Shown here piece by piece: positions 31,879 through 42,137 of a stretch of DNA of 64,000 nucleotides. A model generated the notes under the pieces. The model was not told the origin of the DNA. It worked only from the letters and a program-made list of their open reading frames with translations, and ran no database searches. Position 1 is the stretch's first letter, and the number at the start of each line of letters is the position of its first letter. Made by a program: the position numbers and the translations under genes. This DNA comes from Candidatus Cloacimonadota bacterium (lineage in GTDB: Bacteria; Cloacimonadota; Cloacimonadia; G963667145). Location of the stretch: contig OY781092.1 in assembly GCA_963676615.1 (NCBI GenBank), positions 800,001 through 864,000 of the forward strand, read 5' to 3'.

Positions 31879-32657
31879 CTCACCTTCCTTTCGTTAAAAA
31901 TTATCATCACCCAACAAAATCCGCACGCAAAATCTGTCCCCGAAGTAGAACCAAAACTAAAAATTTTCTTGTCCAATCTTCCGCTCGCCCAATTTTTTGC
32001 AAAATCGAGAAACGCCAGCGGATACTTTTTTAGTTTTGCGCCTAACAACAAACTTTTGCCTCCCAAACTCGTTCGCTCCAGATCCAAACTGCCAGCGATT
32101 TTTTCAAACTCCTTTGTTTTCCCCAGCAAATCTAGTCCCAAAAGCACTCCGCACAAAAAATCGTCGCCACTGGGTGTCCAGCCGATTCCCAAACCGACCA
32201 GTTTTGCACAACTGCGCAAATCGCTCTTGTCCAACAAGTTACGAGCTTTTTCGCTCCAAATTGAGCCGCCTTTTTCCGATAGCACGCCAAGCAACCCTTC
32301 TGACTGTCCAAATTCTAGCAAAAACTCCCGCAAGCGCGTCGCCTCTGCCAAATTTGAGCCAAAACTTTGGCTCAATCCCAGCGACACAACCTGACAAGAC
32401 ACCTCTATACTCGCCAAATCTCCGATTTTCACTCGACTTGGCTCAAAATAAACGACCTGATTTTTCAAGTCCAATCTTTGCTGGAATAGCTCGGAAGTAA
32501 CCAGCGAAAAGGGGGAAAGCAAATTTTCGTGCTTTAGCAATGTGCAAAAATGTCCGTCGATCAAAATGTTGACCGCTTTGGAAAACACCGAATGCACACT
32601 TCCTTTTCCTGCTCGAGCAAAAAGCTCTCCCCTTGTTTCGCCGCTAAAAAAATGCAA
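31875..32657 (-). CDS. DUF2877 / YlbF (AllH-like subunit)
   Basis: GLGIGWTPSGDDFLCG, GSTSGTD. Confidence 0.88.
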   Translation of the reverse strand: MHFFSGETRGELFARAGKGSVHSVFSKAVNILIDGHFCTLLKHENLLSPFSLVTSELFQQRLDLKNQVVYFEPSRVKIGDLASIEVSCQVVSLGLSQSFGSNLAEATRLREFLLEFGQSEGLLGVLSEKGGSIWSEKARNLLDKSDLRSCAKLVGLGIGWTPSGDDFLCGVLLGLDLLGKTKEFEKIAGSLDLERTSLGGKSLLLGAKLKKYPLAFLDFAKNWASGRLDKKIFSFGSTSGTDFACGFCWVMIIFNERKVR

Positions 32658-32662
32658 TTTTA

Positions 32663-33922
32663 CTATTCTTCCAACTTCTTAATCGGCTCTTTGGTGGTGA
32701 GCAAAAATATTGCGTTGAGCACGATGCCAAAAAGAGCTGCCAATCCGAGCCCTTTCAGCTCAGCGTTACCGATTCTAATGGCTGCTTCGCCAAGACCGAT
32801 GACCATTATCGACGCCGTAACCATCAAAGGTCGTGGGTCTGAAAAATCGATTTTGGCGCGAATCATATTGCCGATACCGATCGACGAAATCATTCCGAAG
32901 AGCAAAATCGAAATTCCGCCGATGACAGGACCGGGAATTGTGCCGATAATCGCCGTGAATTTTGGGATGAACGCCAACATAATCGAGAAAATCGCCGCAA
33001 TCCGCATAATCACTGGGTTGTATGCGCCCGTAAGTGCCACAGCTCCTGTGTTTTCGGAATATGTCGTGTTGGCAGGGCCTCCGACCAAGCCAGACAAACT
33101 TGTGGCAATACCGTCGCCAAGAATCGTTCTGTGCACGCCCGGCTCTTTGATGAAATCTTTTTTCACAACATTACCGATAGCCAAAACATCGCCAAAGTGT
33201 TCCACAATCGTCACTATCGCAACTGGCACAAGCACCGACGCACTGCGCATCGTAAAGGTGGCAAAAGTGAACTCGGGCAAGCCAATCCAGCTGGCGTTTA
33301 CTATCGGCGCAAAATCGACCACGCCCATAACAATGCTCAAAAAATATCCCGCAAACAAAGCCACCAGCACTGGCAACATCGAGAAAAGCTTGTTTCTTTT
33401 TTCAAAAAAGATTTTTACAAACGCTGCCACACCAAAAGTGAACAGAGCGATAAACCACGCTCCTCCCTCGCCGATGCTCTGCACAATTTGCGGAGCGTAG
33501 GCGGCTTTGGCGTTGTTAATCGCCACTGGCGCCAAAAGAAGTCCAATCAGAATAATCACAGGACCTGTCACATGAGGCGGCAAAATCAGGTGAAGCTTCT
33601 CGTAGCCAACCCATTTAAAGACAATCGAAGCCACCACATAGACCAATCCAGCAAGCACGATACCGCCGCAAGCCTCCGAGAGCGATCCGCCCTGAAACTT
33701 CGACACAGCGATAATTCCCGGCATAAATGCGAAAGAGCTGCCCAAAAATACTGGCACCTCAAACTTCGTCAAAAAGTGAAACACCAAAGTTCCAATGCCC
33801 GCCATCAGCAGCGTTACGCCCACATCCAAGCCTGTGATCAGCGGCACCAAAACTGTCGCGCCAAACATCACAAATGTGTGTTGCAAGCCCAAAATGACTA
33901 GCTTTCCATTAATTTTCTCCAT
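32663..33922 (-). CDS. NCS2 nucleobase permease, UraA-like
   Basis: GLQHTFVMFGATVLVP, FLGSSFAF, EHFGD, signature TYSENTG. Confidence 0.92.
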   Translation of the reverse strand: MEKINGKLVILGLQHTFVMFGATVLVPLITGLDVGVTLLMAGIGTLVFHFLTKFEVPVFLGSSFAFMPGIIAVSKFQGGSLSEACGGIVLAGLVYVVASIVFKWVGYEKLHLILPPHVTGPVIILIGLLLAPVAINNAKAAYAPQIVQSIGEGGAWFIALFTFGVAAFVKIFFEKRNKLFSMLPVLVALFAGYFLSIVMGVVDFAPIVNASWIGLPEFTFATFTMRSASVLVPVAIVTIVEHFGDVLAIGNVVKKDFIKEPGVHRTILGDGIATSLSGLVGGPANTTYSENTGAVALTGAYNPVIMRIAAIFSIMLAFIPKFTAIIGTIPGPVIGGISILLFGMISSIGIGNMIRAKIDFSDPRPLMVTASIMVIGLGEAAIRIGNAELKGLGLAALFGIVLNAIFLLTTKEPIKKLEE

Positions 33923-33943
33923 TTTTTTAATCTCCTTATTTTT

Positions 33944-36331
33944 TTATTTTTTTGTTATGTAATCGTCAATGTTGAACTTTTCTTTGTCGGCGATAGCCTG
34001 CCAAACATCTTCGGCACGAATCGGCAGATTTAGCAGCTCAATGCCCAAAGCGTCTTTTAGGGCGTTGCCAATCCCCGAAGCCACAGAAACCATCGGCGGC
34101 TCACCGATGCCGCGCGCGCCATAGGGTCCGTCGATTTGCGGCGTCTCTATCGGATAAAATTCCAAGCTCTCTGGCACATCTTTCGAGGTCGGAATTTTGT
34201 TGTCCGTAAAGCTCGGATTAAGCAGTTTCCCCTGCTCGTCGTAGATGTAGCCCTCGCAGATTCCCGTGCCCATTCCTTGCACCACTGCGCCGAAAGTTTG
34301 CCCCTTGGCACAGCCCAGATTTATCACTTTGCCAAGATCCATCGCCGTGGCAATTTTTTTGATTTCGTATTCGCCAGATTCGGGATCCGCCTCAACGATA
34401 ACGCCGTGCGCGCCCATCGTCCAGTCGAGCGCTGGATAGCCTTGCCCAGTGGATTTCTCCAAATTTGTCAGACCCTGCGCGATGTAGCTGCCAACGCCCA
34501 AAATCGGACCGCCAACCCCGTTTCCGTTCGGATAAGCGTAGCCGACAGCCACCTGTGCGAAAGTCACAAAATTTTTTGGATGATGCCGCACAAAAATCTT
34601 GCCGTCCTGATGCTCCAAATCCATCACATCGCAACGCAGCACCTCGCTGGCGATTTTGTAAGCTTTCTCCAAAAGGTCGTTCGCCGCCTTTATCGTGGCG
34701 TTTCCGCTCATAAAAAGTCCCTTGGAAGCCACTGTTTGCCAGTCGTATGGATCGTGCTCTGTGTCGCAATAGATGGTTACATTCACATCGTCGTAGGGGA
34801 TGCGAAGCCGCTCTGCGACAATCTGCGCGATGGCAGAATACGCCCCTTGTCCTATTTCGGTGAGCGTCAAATTCGCGTTCACAGTGCCGTCTTCGTTCAT
34901 CCTGATGGTCGTCGTGGAGCCAGTAAATGCTGGCATTGCGGGAGCTTTTTTGAAAGTCACAATCGCCTTGCCGATTTTTTTGCCGCTAGCCTGCGCCTGC
35001 TTTTCCGCATCAGAGAGCGTCCCATATCCGATAGCCTCTTTAACCGTCTGGGCGCACTTTCGCACATCGCCAGAATTTGCGGTAATCTCCTCTCCCGTGA
35101 GAGTCGTCGAGCCCGGTTCATACATATTCAACTCGCGGAATTCGTAAGGGTCGATGCCCAAAGTTTGCGCGCACAAATCCATATGCCGCTCTAGTCCCCA
35201 CGAAAATTCGACATGCCCAAAACCACGATACGCTGTGGAATACGGCAAGTTTGTGTAAACCGTGTAGCCGTCTAGCCAAGCGTCGGGAATGTGATACGGA
35301 CCGTTGGCAGAATAGCCTGTGGCTCTGGTGACATTCACCGCATAATCGGCGTAGGCGCCAGAATCCCAATACAGCGTCATCTTTTGCCCCAAAATTTTTC
35401 CCGCTTTGCTCAAGCCAGTTTTGATGTTATAAACAAGCCCCGTGCGGCGTGGCAGCATAAAAAACTCCTCCTCACGAGAAGCGACGAACTTCACTGGGCG
35501 ACCGCCAGCTTTGCGCGACAGGCACGCAACCAGCGGCTCGATGCCCACGCCTGCTTTTCCGCCAAAACCGCCTCCAACATTGGGGATAGTCACCTTGATT
35601 TTGGAATGCGGCAACTTGAACGAGTTCGCCATCAAATTTCGCACCGTAAACGCCGACTGCGCCGAAGTCCAAATCTGAATATTGTCGTCCGTCTTCCACT
35701 GCACAATCGCCGAGTGCGTCTCCATCGGCACATGCTGCACAGCGGGGTTGGTGTATTCCCGCTCCACGATATAGTCCGATTTGGCGAAAGCTTTTTCCAC
35801 ATCGCCCTTGCGAGTTTTGGTGTGATTGGCGATGTTCGTCCCTGGCTTGGGCGTAAAACACGGCTCAAAATAGTCGTAACTTGCCAAATCTGGATGAATT
35901 ACAGGAGCGTCATCCTTTAGCGCATCTTTCACATTCAGCACTGGCGTTAGCGGCTCATACTCGACTTCAATTAAATCCAAAGCCTTTTGCGCAATCTTTA
36001 GATCGTCCGCCACCACCGCAGCCACACCCTCTCCATAGTGCCGCACGAACTTTTTGGCAAGCACATCTTTATCCACCAAATACAGCCCAATTTTGTAATC
36101 CAGCTCTTTTCCAGTAAGCACACCTCGCACACCGGGCAACGCCTGCGCCTTACTCGTGTCGATGCTCAAAATTTTTGCACTAGCATAAGGACTGGTCTTG
36201 ACCAGAGCGTGCAACATTCCCGGCAAAACCATATCGGTCGTATAAATCGCCTCGCCAGTAATCTTCGCCAAAGTGTCCTTCCGCGGCAAATCTTTGCCAA
36301 TCAACTTCAGATCTTTCTCATTTTCATACAT
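33944..36331 (-). CDS. Xanthine dehydrogenase-family molybdopterin-binding subunit
   Basis: HVPMETH, GGGFGGK, AYRGFG, EIGQG, ARGIGEP. Confidence 0.93.
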   Translation of the reverse strand: MYENEKDLKLIGKDLPRKDTLAKITGEAIYTTDMVLPGMLHALVKTSPYASAKILSIDTSKAQALPGVRGVLTGKELDYKIGLYLVDKDVLAKKFVRHYGEGVAAVVADDLKIAQKALDLIEVEYEPLTPVLNVKDALKDDAPVIHPDLASYDYFEPCFTPKPGTNIANHTKTRKGDVEKAFAKSDYIVEREYTNPAVQHVPMETHSAIVQWKTDDNIQIWTSAQSAFTVRNLMANSFKLPHSKIKVTIPNVGGGFGGKAGVGIEPLVACLSRKAGGRPVKFVASREEEFFMLPRRTGLVYNIKTGLSKAGKILGQKMTLYWDSGAYADYAVNVTRATGYSANGPYHIPDAWLDGYTVYTNLPYSTAYRGFGHVEFSWGLERHMDLCAQTLGIDPYEFRELNMYEPGSTTLTGEEITANSGDVRKCAQTVKEAIGYGTLSDAEKQAQASGKKIGKAIVTFKKAPAMPAFTGSTTTIRMNEDGTVNANLTLTEIGQGAYSAIAQIVAERLRIPYDDVNVTIYCDTEHDPYDWQTVASKGLFMSGNATIKAANDLLEKAYKIASEVLRCDVMDLEHQDGKIFVRHHPKNFVTFAQVAVGYAYPNGNGVGGPILGVGSYIAQGLTNLEKSTGQGYPALDWTMGAHGVIVEADPESGEYEIKKIATAMDLGKVINLGCAKGQTFGAVVQGMGTGICEGYIYDEQGKLLNPSFTDNKIPTSKDVPESLEFYPIETPQIDGPYGARGIGEPPMVSVASGIGNALKDALGIELLNLPIRAEDVWQAIADKEKFNIDDYITKK

Positions 36332-36342
36332 AATGGCTCTCC

Positions 36343-36810
36343 CTATTTGTCCAACTGTCCGCTTACATCCAAAACGGCGTCCACTATTTGGTTATACCCT
36401 GTGCAACGGCAAAAATTGCCCTCGATTTGCTCCTTAATCTCGTCCACGCTCGGCTTCGAGTTGCGCAAAAGCAGCTCCTTGACCGACATAATCATCCCCG
36501 CAGTGCAATATCCACACTGCACAGCGTGATGCTTCTGAAAAGCCGCCTGCAAATCGCTGAGCGAGCCGTCCTGCGACTCGTTCTCCAAAGTCACAATCTC
36601 CGCGCCATCTGCCTCGGCAGCCAGCACAAGGCACGAGTTCACCACTCTTCCGTTCAAAAAAATCGTGCACGCCCCACACTCCCCAGCGCCGCAACCCTCT
36701 TTGGCAGCCGTCAGCCCCAAATCTTCTCGCAAAAAATGCAGCAAAATTCGGCTATCAGCCACCTCTCTGGAATAGAGCTGCCCGTTAACTTTCACTGAAA
36801 TAGTTTTCAT
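36343..36810 (-). CDS. Mo-hydroxylase 2x[2Fe-2S] subunit
   Basis: GCGAGECGACT, QCGYCT, CRCTGY. Confidence 0.95.
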   Translation of the reverse strand: MKTISVKVNGQLYSREVADSRILLHFLREDLGLTAAKEGCGAGECGACTIFLNGRVVNSCLVLAAEADGAEIVTLENESQDGSLSDLQAAFQKHHAVQCGYCTAGMIMSVKELLLRNSKPSVDEIKEQIEGNFCRCTGYNQIVDAVLDVSGQLDK

Positions 36811-37628
36811 AGACCTATCTCCTTCATAATATCTTTGGCGTATTTTTGCGCCATAAACAGCCGATACTCCTTGCTGCAGCGGATATCGTCGATTGGAGAA
36901 ATTTTTTGGGAAATATCGGACAACACCTTATCTAGGCTAACATCAGCGGTGTATCTGCCGACCAGCACTGGCGTAGGAGCCGCGGCGTTCACCGCAACCG
37001 CCAAAAAATCTTTGCCACGCACAACCGCAACACCCACAAGCGACAAATCGTGCCCCTTGATCCGTGTCAATTTCTTGTAGCCGCCCTTAGCATCTGCGCT
37101 CGCCGCTGGCACAATCACCTCTTTCGCCCACTCGTCCTTTGCAATCACTGTCTTCTTTACGCCCACAAAAAAATCTTTCAGAGGCACAATCCGCTCGCCC
37201 TTTTTGCTCACCAGCTTAATCGACGCATCCAGACACAAAAAAGCCGTCGGTAAATCTCCCGACGGCGAAGCGTTAACAATATTTCCAATAACAGTGGCTC
37301 TGTTGCGGAGTTGATGCGAAGCCAAGGTGTGACAAGTTTCCGCAAGAACTGGGAATCTGTCTTTCACCAGCTTATCTTCCAAAAGCTGATTGACACTCAC
37401 TCCCGAGCCAACCACCAGACCATCGCTTTGGTCAAATCGCAGCTCGGCACACTTTGGAATTTTCTTAAAATCTATCACCGCCGCTGGCTTTAGCTGCCCA
37501 GATCGCATATTGACCAGCAAATCTGTGCCACCAGCCAGAAGCACCGCATCGTCCAAACTCGCCAAAAGCTCCAACAACTCAGCCTCGCTCTGCGGTGCGT
37601 AATAATCAAAATCGAACTTCATTATCAC
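36807..37628 (-). CDS. Mo-hydroxylase FAD-binding subunit
   Basis: LAGGTDL, QLRNRATVIGN, PIDDIR. Confidence 0.93.
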   Translation of the reverse strand: MIMKFDFDYYAPQSEAELLELLASLDDAVLLAGGTDLLVNMRSGQLKPAAVIDFKKIPKCAELRFDQSDGLVVGSGVSVNQLLEDKLVKDRFPVLAETCHTLASHQLRNRATVIGNIVNASPSGDLPTAFLCLDASIKLVSKKGERIVPLKDFFVGVKKTVIAKDEWAKEVIVPAASADAKGGYKKLTRIKGHDLSLVGVAVVRGKDFLAVAVNAAAPTPVLVGRYTADVSLDKVLSDISQKISPIDDIRCSKEYRLFMAQKYAKDIMKEIGL

Positions 37629-37640
37629 TCCCTTTCAATT

Positions 37641-39191
37641 TTATAACGGAATATTTCCGTGCTTTTTCGCTGGCAAATCGGACTTTTTATTTTCCAACTG
37701 CTCCAGCGTTTTAATCAAATAAGCTCTGGTATCCTCGGGCAAAATCACGCCGTCAATGTAACTTTTGGACGCCGCATCGTATGGATTGGCAAACTTTTGC
37801 TGATACTCCTGTTCCTTCTCCTGCAAAAACGCTTGTGGATCTTCCTGATCTTTCGACGCCCTGCGGAACAAAATCTCCACAGCACCCTTGGAGCCCATCA
37901 CCGCAATCTCGGCAAGCGGCCAAGCCACCACTCGATCAGCGTAGAGATGACGCGAGTTCATCACAATATAAGCTCCGCCATACGCCTTGCGCAAAATCAA
38001 AGTAATCTTCGGCACAGTCGCTTCGGCAAAAGCGTACATCAGCTTTGCACCATTGCGGATAATGCCGCCGTGCTCTTGCGTCGAGCCAGGCATAAATCCA
38101 GGCACATCCTCCAGCACAACCAACGGAATGTTGAAACTGTCGCAAAATCTGACGAACCTAGCGCCTTTCACAGAAGCGTTAATATCCAAACAGCCAGCCA
38201 AAAACGCAGGTTGATTGGCGACAATTCCCACGCTCTTGCCGTTCAGCCGCGCAAAACCGACCACGATGTTGCGCGCAAAATCTTTGGCAACCTCCAAAAA
38301 ATCGCCATTATCGACAATCTCGCCAATCACGCTCTTAATGTCGTAGCCCTTGTTCACATTCTCTGGCACAAGCCCCGCAAAAGAGTCGGTCGCCCTATCC
38401 ACAGGATCGGAATTTTCAAACTCTGGCGGCGCTTGCCTAAAATTCGACGGAATGTAACTCAGCAGCGACTTAACACGATCCAGCGTATCTTGCTCGCCCT
38501 CGCCCTTAAACTGCGCCACACCCGATTTGCGCATATGCACATTCGCACCGCCCAAATCTTCGGTGCTTATCTCCTCGTGCAACACCGTCTTCACGACTTT
38601 CGGTCCGGTGATAAACATAAAAGCGTTTTCGTTGTTCATAATCGTAAAATCTGTAATCGCTGGAGAGTAAACAGCTCCGCCAGCGCAAGGTCCCAGAATC
38701 GTCGAAATCTGCGGAATAACGCCCGAAGCCATCACATTTCGCACAAAAATCTCGCCGAAACCAGCCAGCGAATCGATGCCCTCTTGCACTCTGGCACCGC
38801 CAGAATCCAAAAGCCCAATCACAGGCGCACCAACCTTCATCGCCTCGTCCATCACCTTGCAAATCTTGTCCGCATGCACTTTGGAGAGCGAGCCGCCATT
38901 CACCGTAAAATCTTGGGCAAACACATACACCAAACGCCCGTCAATCTTGCCCGAGCCAGTCACCACGCTATCTCCCAACACCTTCTTCTTCTCCATTCCA
39001 AAATTCACACAATTGTGCGTCACGAACATATCCATCTCCGAAAAACTACCCTCGTCCAAAAGATAGTCCAGCCTCTCACGAGCCGTCCATTTACCCTTTT
39101 CGTGTTGAGCGTCAATCCGCTTTTGACCTCCGCCCAAATAGGCTTCAGCCACCTTCTCTTGCAACTCTTGAATCTTCTCTTGCATTTCCAA
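37641..39191 (-). CDS. Acyl-CoA carboxyltransferase subunit (methylmalonyl-CoA decarboxylase alpha / PccB family)
   Basis: QDFTVNGGS, DSGGARVQEG, GPCAGGAVY, RKAYGGAY, KKHGNIPL. Confidence 0.93.
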   Translation of the reverse strand: MEMQEKIQELQEKVAEAYLGGGQKRIDAQHEKGKWTARERLDYLLDEGSFSEMDMFVTHNCVNFGMEKKKVLGDSVVTGSGKIDGRLVYVFAQDFTVNGGSLSKVHADKICKVMDEAMKVGAPVIGLLDSGGARVQEGIDSLAGFGEIFVRNVMASGVIPQISTILGPCAGGAVYSPAITDFTIMNNENAFMFITGPKVVKTVLHEEISTEDLGGANVHMRKSGVAQFKGEGEQDTLDRVKSLLSYIPSNFRQAPPEFENSDPVDRATDSFAGLVPENVNKGYDIKSVIGEIVDNGDFLEVAKDFARNIVVGFARLNGKSVGIVANQPAFLAGCLDINASVKGARFVRFCDSFNIPLVVLEDVPGFMPGSTQEHGGIIRNGAKLMYAFAEATVPKITLILRKAYGGAYIVMNSRHLYADRVVAWPLAEIAVMGSKGAVEILFRRASKDQEDPQAFLQEKEQEYQQKFANPYDAASKSYIDGVILPEDTRAYLIKTLEQLENKKSDLPAKKHGNIPL

Positions 39192-39286
39192 ATCTCCTTT
39201 TTTATCCGCAACAAGTAAATTGTTTCACAACATTTTTTTTCGTCAAACTATTCCTAAATTTTATCAAAATCTCGACATTTTTTTTA

Positions 39287-39323
39287 AAAAAAAGACCCCC
39301 TTTCAAAAAAAAAGAAGGTCTTT
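39287..39323 (-). terminator. Possible terminator between the two Mo-hydroxylase operons
   Basis: AAAGACC...GGTCTTT imperfect stem with a minus-strand T-run. Confidence 0.45.
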
Positions 39324-39345
39324 ACATACTGTCATTTCAGCAATC

Positions 39346-41685
39346 TCACTTTTTCATCCCCATTAGCACTTTCTCCGGGAACAAAGGCAAATCCTTTATT
39401 CGCACACCAGTAGCCGCATAAATAGCGTTCGCTATGGCAGCCATCGGGGTGTCGATGCCAATCTCACCAATCGATTTTGCGCCATACGGTCCTGTCGGAT
39501 CGTAACTCTCGGCAAACTCCACCGTAATCTTTGGCACCTCTTTTCTGGCAGGCAACTTGTAGTTAAACAAGCTGTTGGTCAACATCTGTCCCTTGTCAGA
39601 ATAAGTCACATCCTCATAGCAAGCCATTCCGATGCCTTGCACCAAACCGCCCTCGCCTTGCACACGCACAAGCGCTGGATTGATAAGACCGCCACAATCG
39701 ATCACGCCAATGTAATCGTTAATATCGTAATGCCCTGTCACCTTGTCGATTGTGATGTCCACAATTGCCGCCATATATGGTGGAGGCGAAACCTCGGGAA
39801 CGAAAGACTCGCAAGCCATCAGCTGGCCCTTCAGATCGCCAATGCCCATATCGTAATAAAGATTTGAGCCCAAATCTTCGATAGTAATCGAGTTCTTTCC
39901 GTCTTTGGACTTCACCAATTTGCCGTCAAACTCCACATCTTTCGCCTCAATTCCCCAAATAGCGGCAGCCTTTGCCTCGATTTTCGCCTTCATCGCTTTG
40001 GCTGTCTTTATCACCGCGTTACCAGTCACATAAGTGGTCTTTGATGCGTAAGCGCCTGGATCAAAAGGCGTTAAGTCGGTATCGGACGAATAAACAATCA
40101 CCCTAGAAGTGTCGATATTCAAAACATCGGCAGCTATCTGAGCCAAAATCGTGTCCGAACCTTGTCCAATTTCCGTAGCACCCATCGTCAAGTTGAAAAA
40201 GCCGTCGTCGTTCAACTTTAGGGCAGCAGAAGCCATATCGATATCTTGGATACCAGAGCCTTGCATCGCAATAGCCATACCTTGCGAGCGCACTTTGCCG
40301 TTACCCAAATCAGTCACCTGACAATCGTCGTTCCACTTAGCCAGCTCTTTGGCTCTTTTTACACAATATTCCAGCTTGCAAGACTCAATCATCATCGCCT
40401 TGCCCTCGGTGCCTTCGCCCATCAGCTTGAATAGCGGAGAGGTCTCCCCCTCTTTTATCATATTCATCTCTCTGATTTTAGCTGGCGAAACGCCGACCTT
40501 TTCTGCGAGCATATCCATCACCGATTCCAGCGCGAAGTTTCCTTGCATAGCGCCGTAACCACGATAAGCTCCGCCTGGAGTTCTGTTTGTGTAAACCACT
40601 TTTCCGCCGAATTTCACCGCTTTGGAACGACCCTGCACAGCGTAAAGCGGCAAAGTTTTTCCACCAGCGAGCATAAACACGGTCAAAGCGTGCTCGCCAT
40701 AAGCTCCTGTGTTCGACAAAACATCCATATCGATAGCGTTGATTGTGCCGTCGTTATTCGCTCCAATCTTCACCGAAATCTTCATCTGATGACGCGCAAA
40801 AGTTGACTCGAAAACCTCTTTTCTGGTAAAGTTGCAAAGAGCAGGTTTGCCCGTGCGCAAAGTGGTGATGCACGCCAACATCTCGCCGTGGATCTGCTGC
40901 TTTCCGCCATATCCACCGCCAACTTTTGGCTTATGCACCCTCAATTTTGAACGGTCGTAGTTCAAAGCTTTCGAGATAATTCTTCTGATATGATGAGGCA
41001 CTTGGGTCGAGCTGATAACATTCAACCTGTCGTAACCATCAAAATAGGTGTAGCAAGTGTGAGTCTCCGCACAATAGTGCGCCTGCGCTTGCGTGTAAAA
41101 AACATCCTCAACAACGATGTCGCTTTTCGCCATCTCGCCGTCGGTGTCGCCATCTTCGCAAAAGAAAGCAGCCGCAATATTTTTTTTCGGATCAAAACCA
41201 ATCGGAAAAAGCTCGCACGCCTCTGGTTCGTTATGGATTATGCTCTTGTGACCTTCGGCTTTCTCGAAATCGAGCACCGCTTCCAGCACCTCATACTCAA
41301 CCTTTACCGTATCCAAAGCCGCTTGCGCCGTCCGCTCATCCACAGCCGCCACAGCCATCACCTCGTCGCCAACATACCTAACATACTCATCCAAAATGAA
41401 CTTATCGTATGGAGAAGGCTCTGGAAAACCTTGACCTGCGCGAGTGTAAATATTTCTGGGAACATCTTTATCTAGGTGCGTGATAACCGTTGCCACGCCT
41501 TCCATCGCTTTTGCCGCACTAACATCGATAGATTTAATCCTCGCATATGCGTGAGGCGAACGCAAAATCTTGACCACCAACGCATCGGGGTCTCTTTTTG
41601 CCATATCGTTGGTATAGACTGGGCGGCCTTTGATGATACTCTCGCCATCTTTTTTAGGGATAGATTTACCTACAGCACTACTCAT
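39346..41685 (-). CDS. Second xanthine dehydrogenase-family molybdopterin subunit (XdhD/YgfN-like)
   Basis: YTRAGQGFPEPSPYD, GGGYGGKQ, AYRGYG, AKSIGE. Confidence 0.9.
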   Translation of the reverse strand: MSSAVGKSIPKKDGESIIKGRPVYTNDMAKRDPDALVVKILRSPHAYARIKSIDVSAAKAMEGVATVITHLDKDVPRNIYTRAGQGFPEPSPYDKFILDEYVRYVGDEVMAVAAVDERTAQAALDTVKVEYEVLEAVLDFEKAEGHKSIIHNEPEACELFPIGFDPKKNIAAAFFCEDGDTDGEMAKSDIVVEDVFYTQAQAHYCAETHTCYTYFDGYDRLNVISSTQVPHHIRRIISKALNYDRSKLRVHKPKVGGGYGGKQQIHGEMLACITTLRTGKPALCNFTRKEVFESTFARHQMKISVKIGANNDGTINAIDMDVLSNTGAYGEHALTVFMLAGGKTLPLYAVQGRSKAVKFGGKVVYTNRTPGGAYRGYGAMQGNFALESVMDMLAEKVGVSPAKIREMNMIKEGETSPLFKLMGEGTEGKAMMIESCKLEYCVKRAKELAKWNDDCQVTDLGNGKVRSQGMAIAMQGSGIQDIDMASAALKLNDDGFFNLTMGATEIGQGSDTILAQIAADVLNIDTSRVIVYSSDTDLTPFDPGAYASKTTYVTGNAVIKTAKAMKAKIEAKAAAIWGIEAKDVEFDGKLVKSKDGKNSITIEDLGSNLYYDMGIGDLKGQLMACESFVPEVSPPPYMAAIVDITIDKVTGHYDINDYIGVIDCGGLINPALVRVQGEGGLVQGIGMACYEDVTYSDKGQMLTNSLFNYKLPARKEVPKITVEFAESYDPTGPYGAKSIGEIGIDTPMAAIANAIYAATGVRIKDLPLFPEKVLMGMKK

Positions 41686-42137
41686 TTCAAACCTCCCAAA
41701 TAAGTTTTAATCGCCCTCATTTGACTAACATAACCCGAGCAGCGACAAACATTTCCGTTGATATAATGCCGAATTTGCTCATCGGTCAAATCCGCACCAA
41801 GATCTTGCACCATCGCATAAACGGTCAGCGCAAGAGCCGTGTCGCAATAACCACACTGGATAGCTCCCTCTTGGTTCATCGCCTTAAAGAAAACTTTCGC
41901 CTCTTTTTGAATACCCTCGACAGTCGTAACAGCCTTGCCTTGCGCTCTGGACGCCAAAAACGAACAAGACAAAACTGGCTTGCCGTCCAAAAGCACCGTG
42001 CACATCGCACAAGAAGAAGTATCGCAACTCCTTTTCACGCTCGTAATTCCGTTATCGCGCAAAACATCTAGCAAATATTCGTCCTCTTTAATGTAAAAAG
42101 TTTTGGGAGCACCGTTCAATTTAATATCTAATTTCAT
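41682..42137 (-). CDS. Mo-hydroxylase [2Fe-2S] subunit
   Basis: SCDTSSCAMCT, QCGYC, CRCSGY. Confidence 0.92.
   Translation of the reverse strand: MKLDIKLNGAPKTFYIKEDEYLLDVLRDNGITSVKRSCDTSSCAMCTVLLDGKPVLSCSFLASRAQGKAVTTVEGIQKEAKVFFKAMNQEGAIQCGYCDTALALTVYAMVQDLGADLTDEQIRHYINGNVCRCSGYVSQMRAIKTYLGGLK

Noticed and set aside
28896..32657. Standard E. coli-type allantoin degradation cluster
   Set aside because: AllFGH-like genes are present, but allB, allC, allD and carbamate kinase are not in the window. They could be elsewhere in the genome, so this is not fully excluded.
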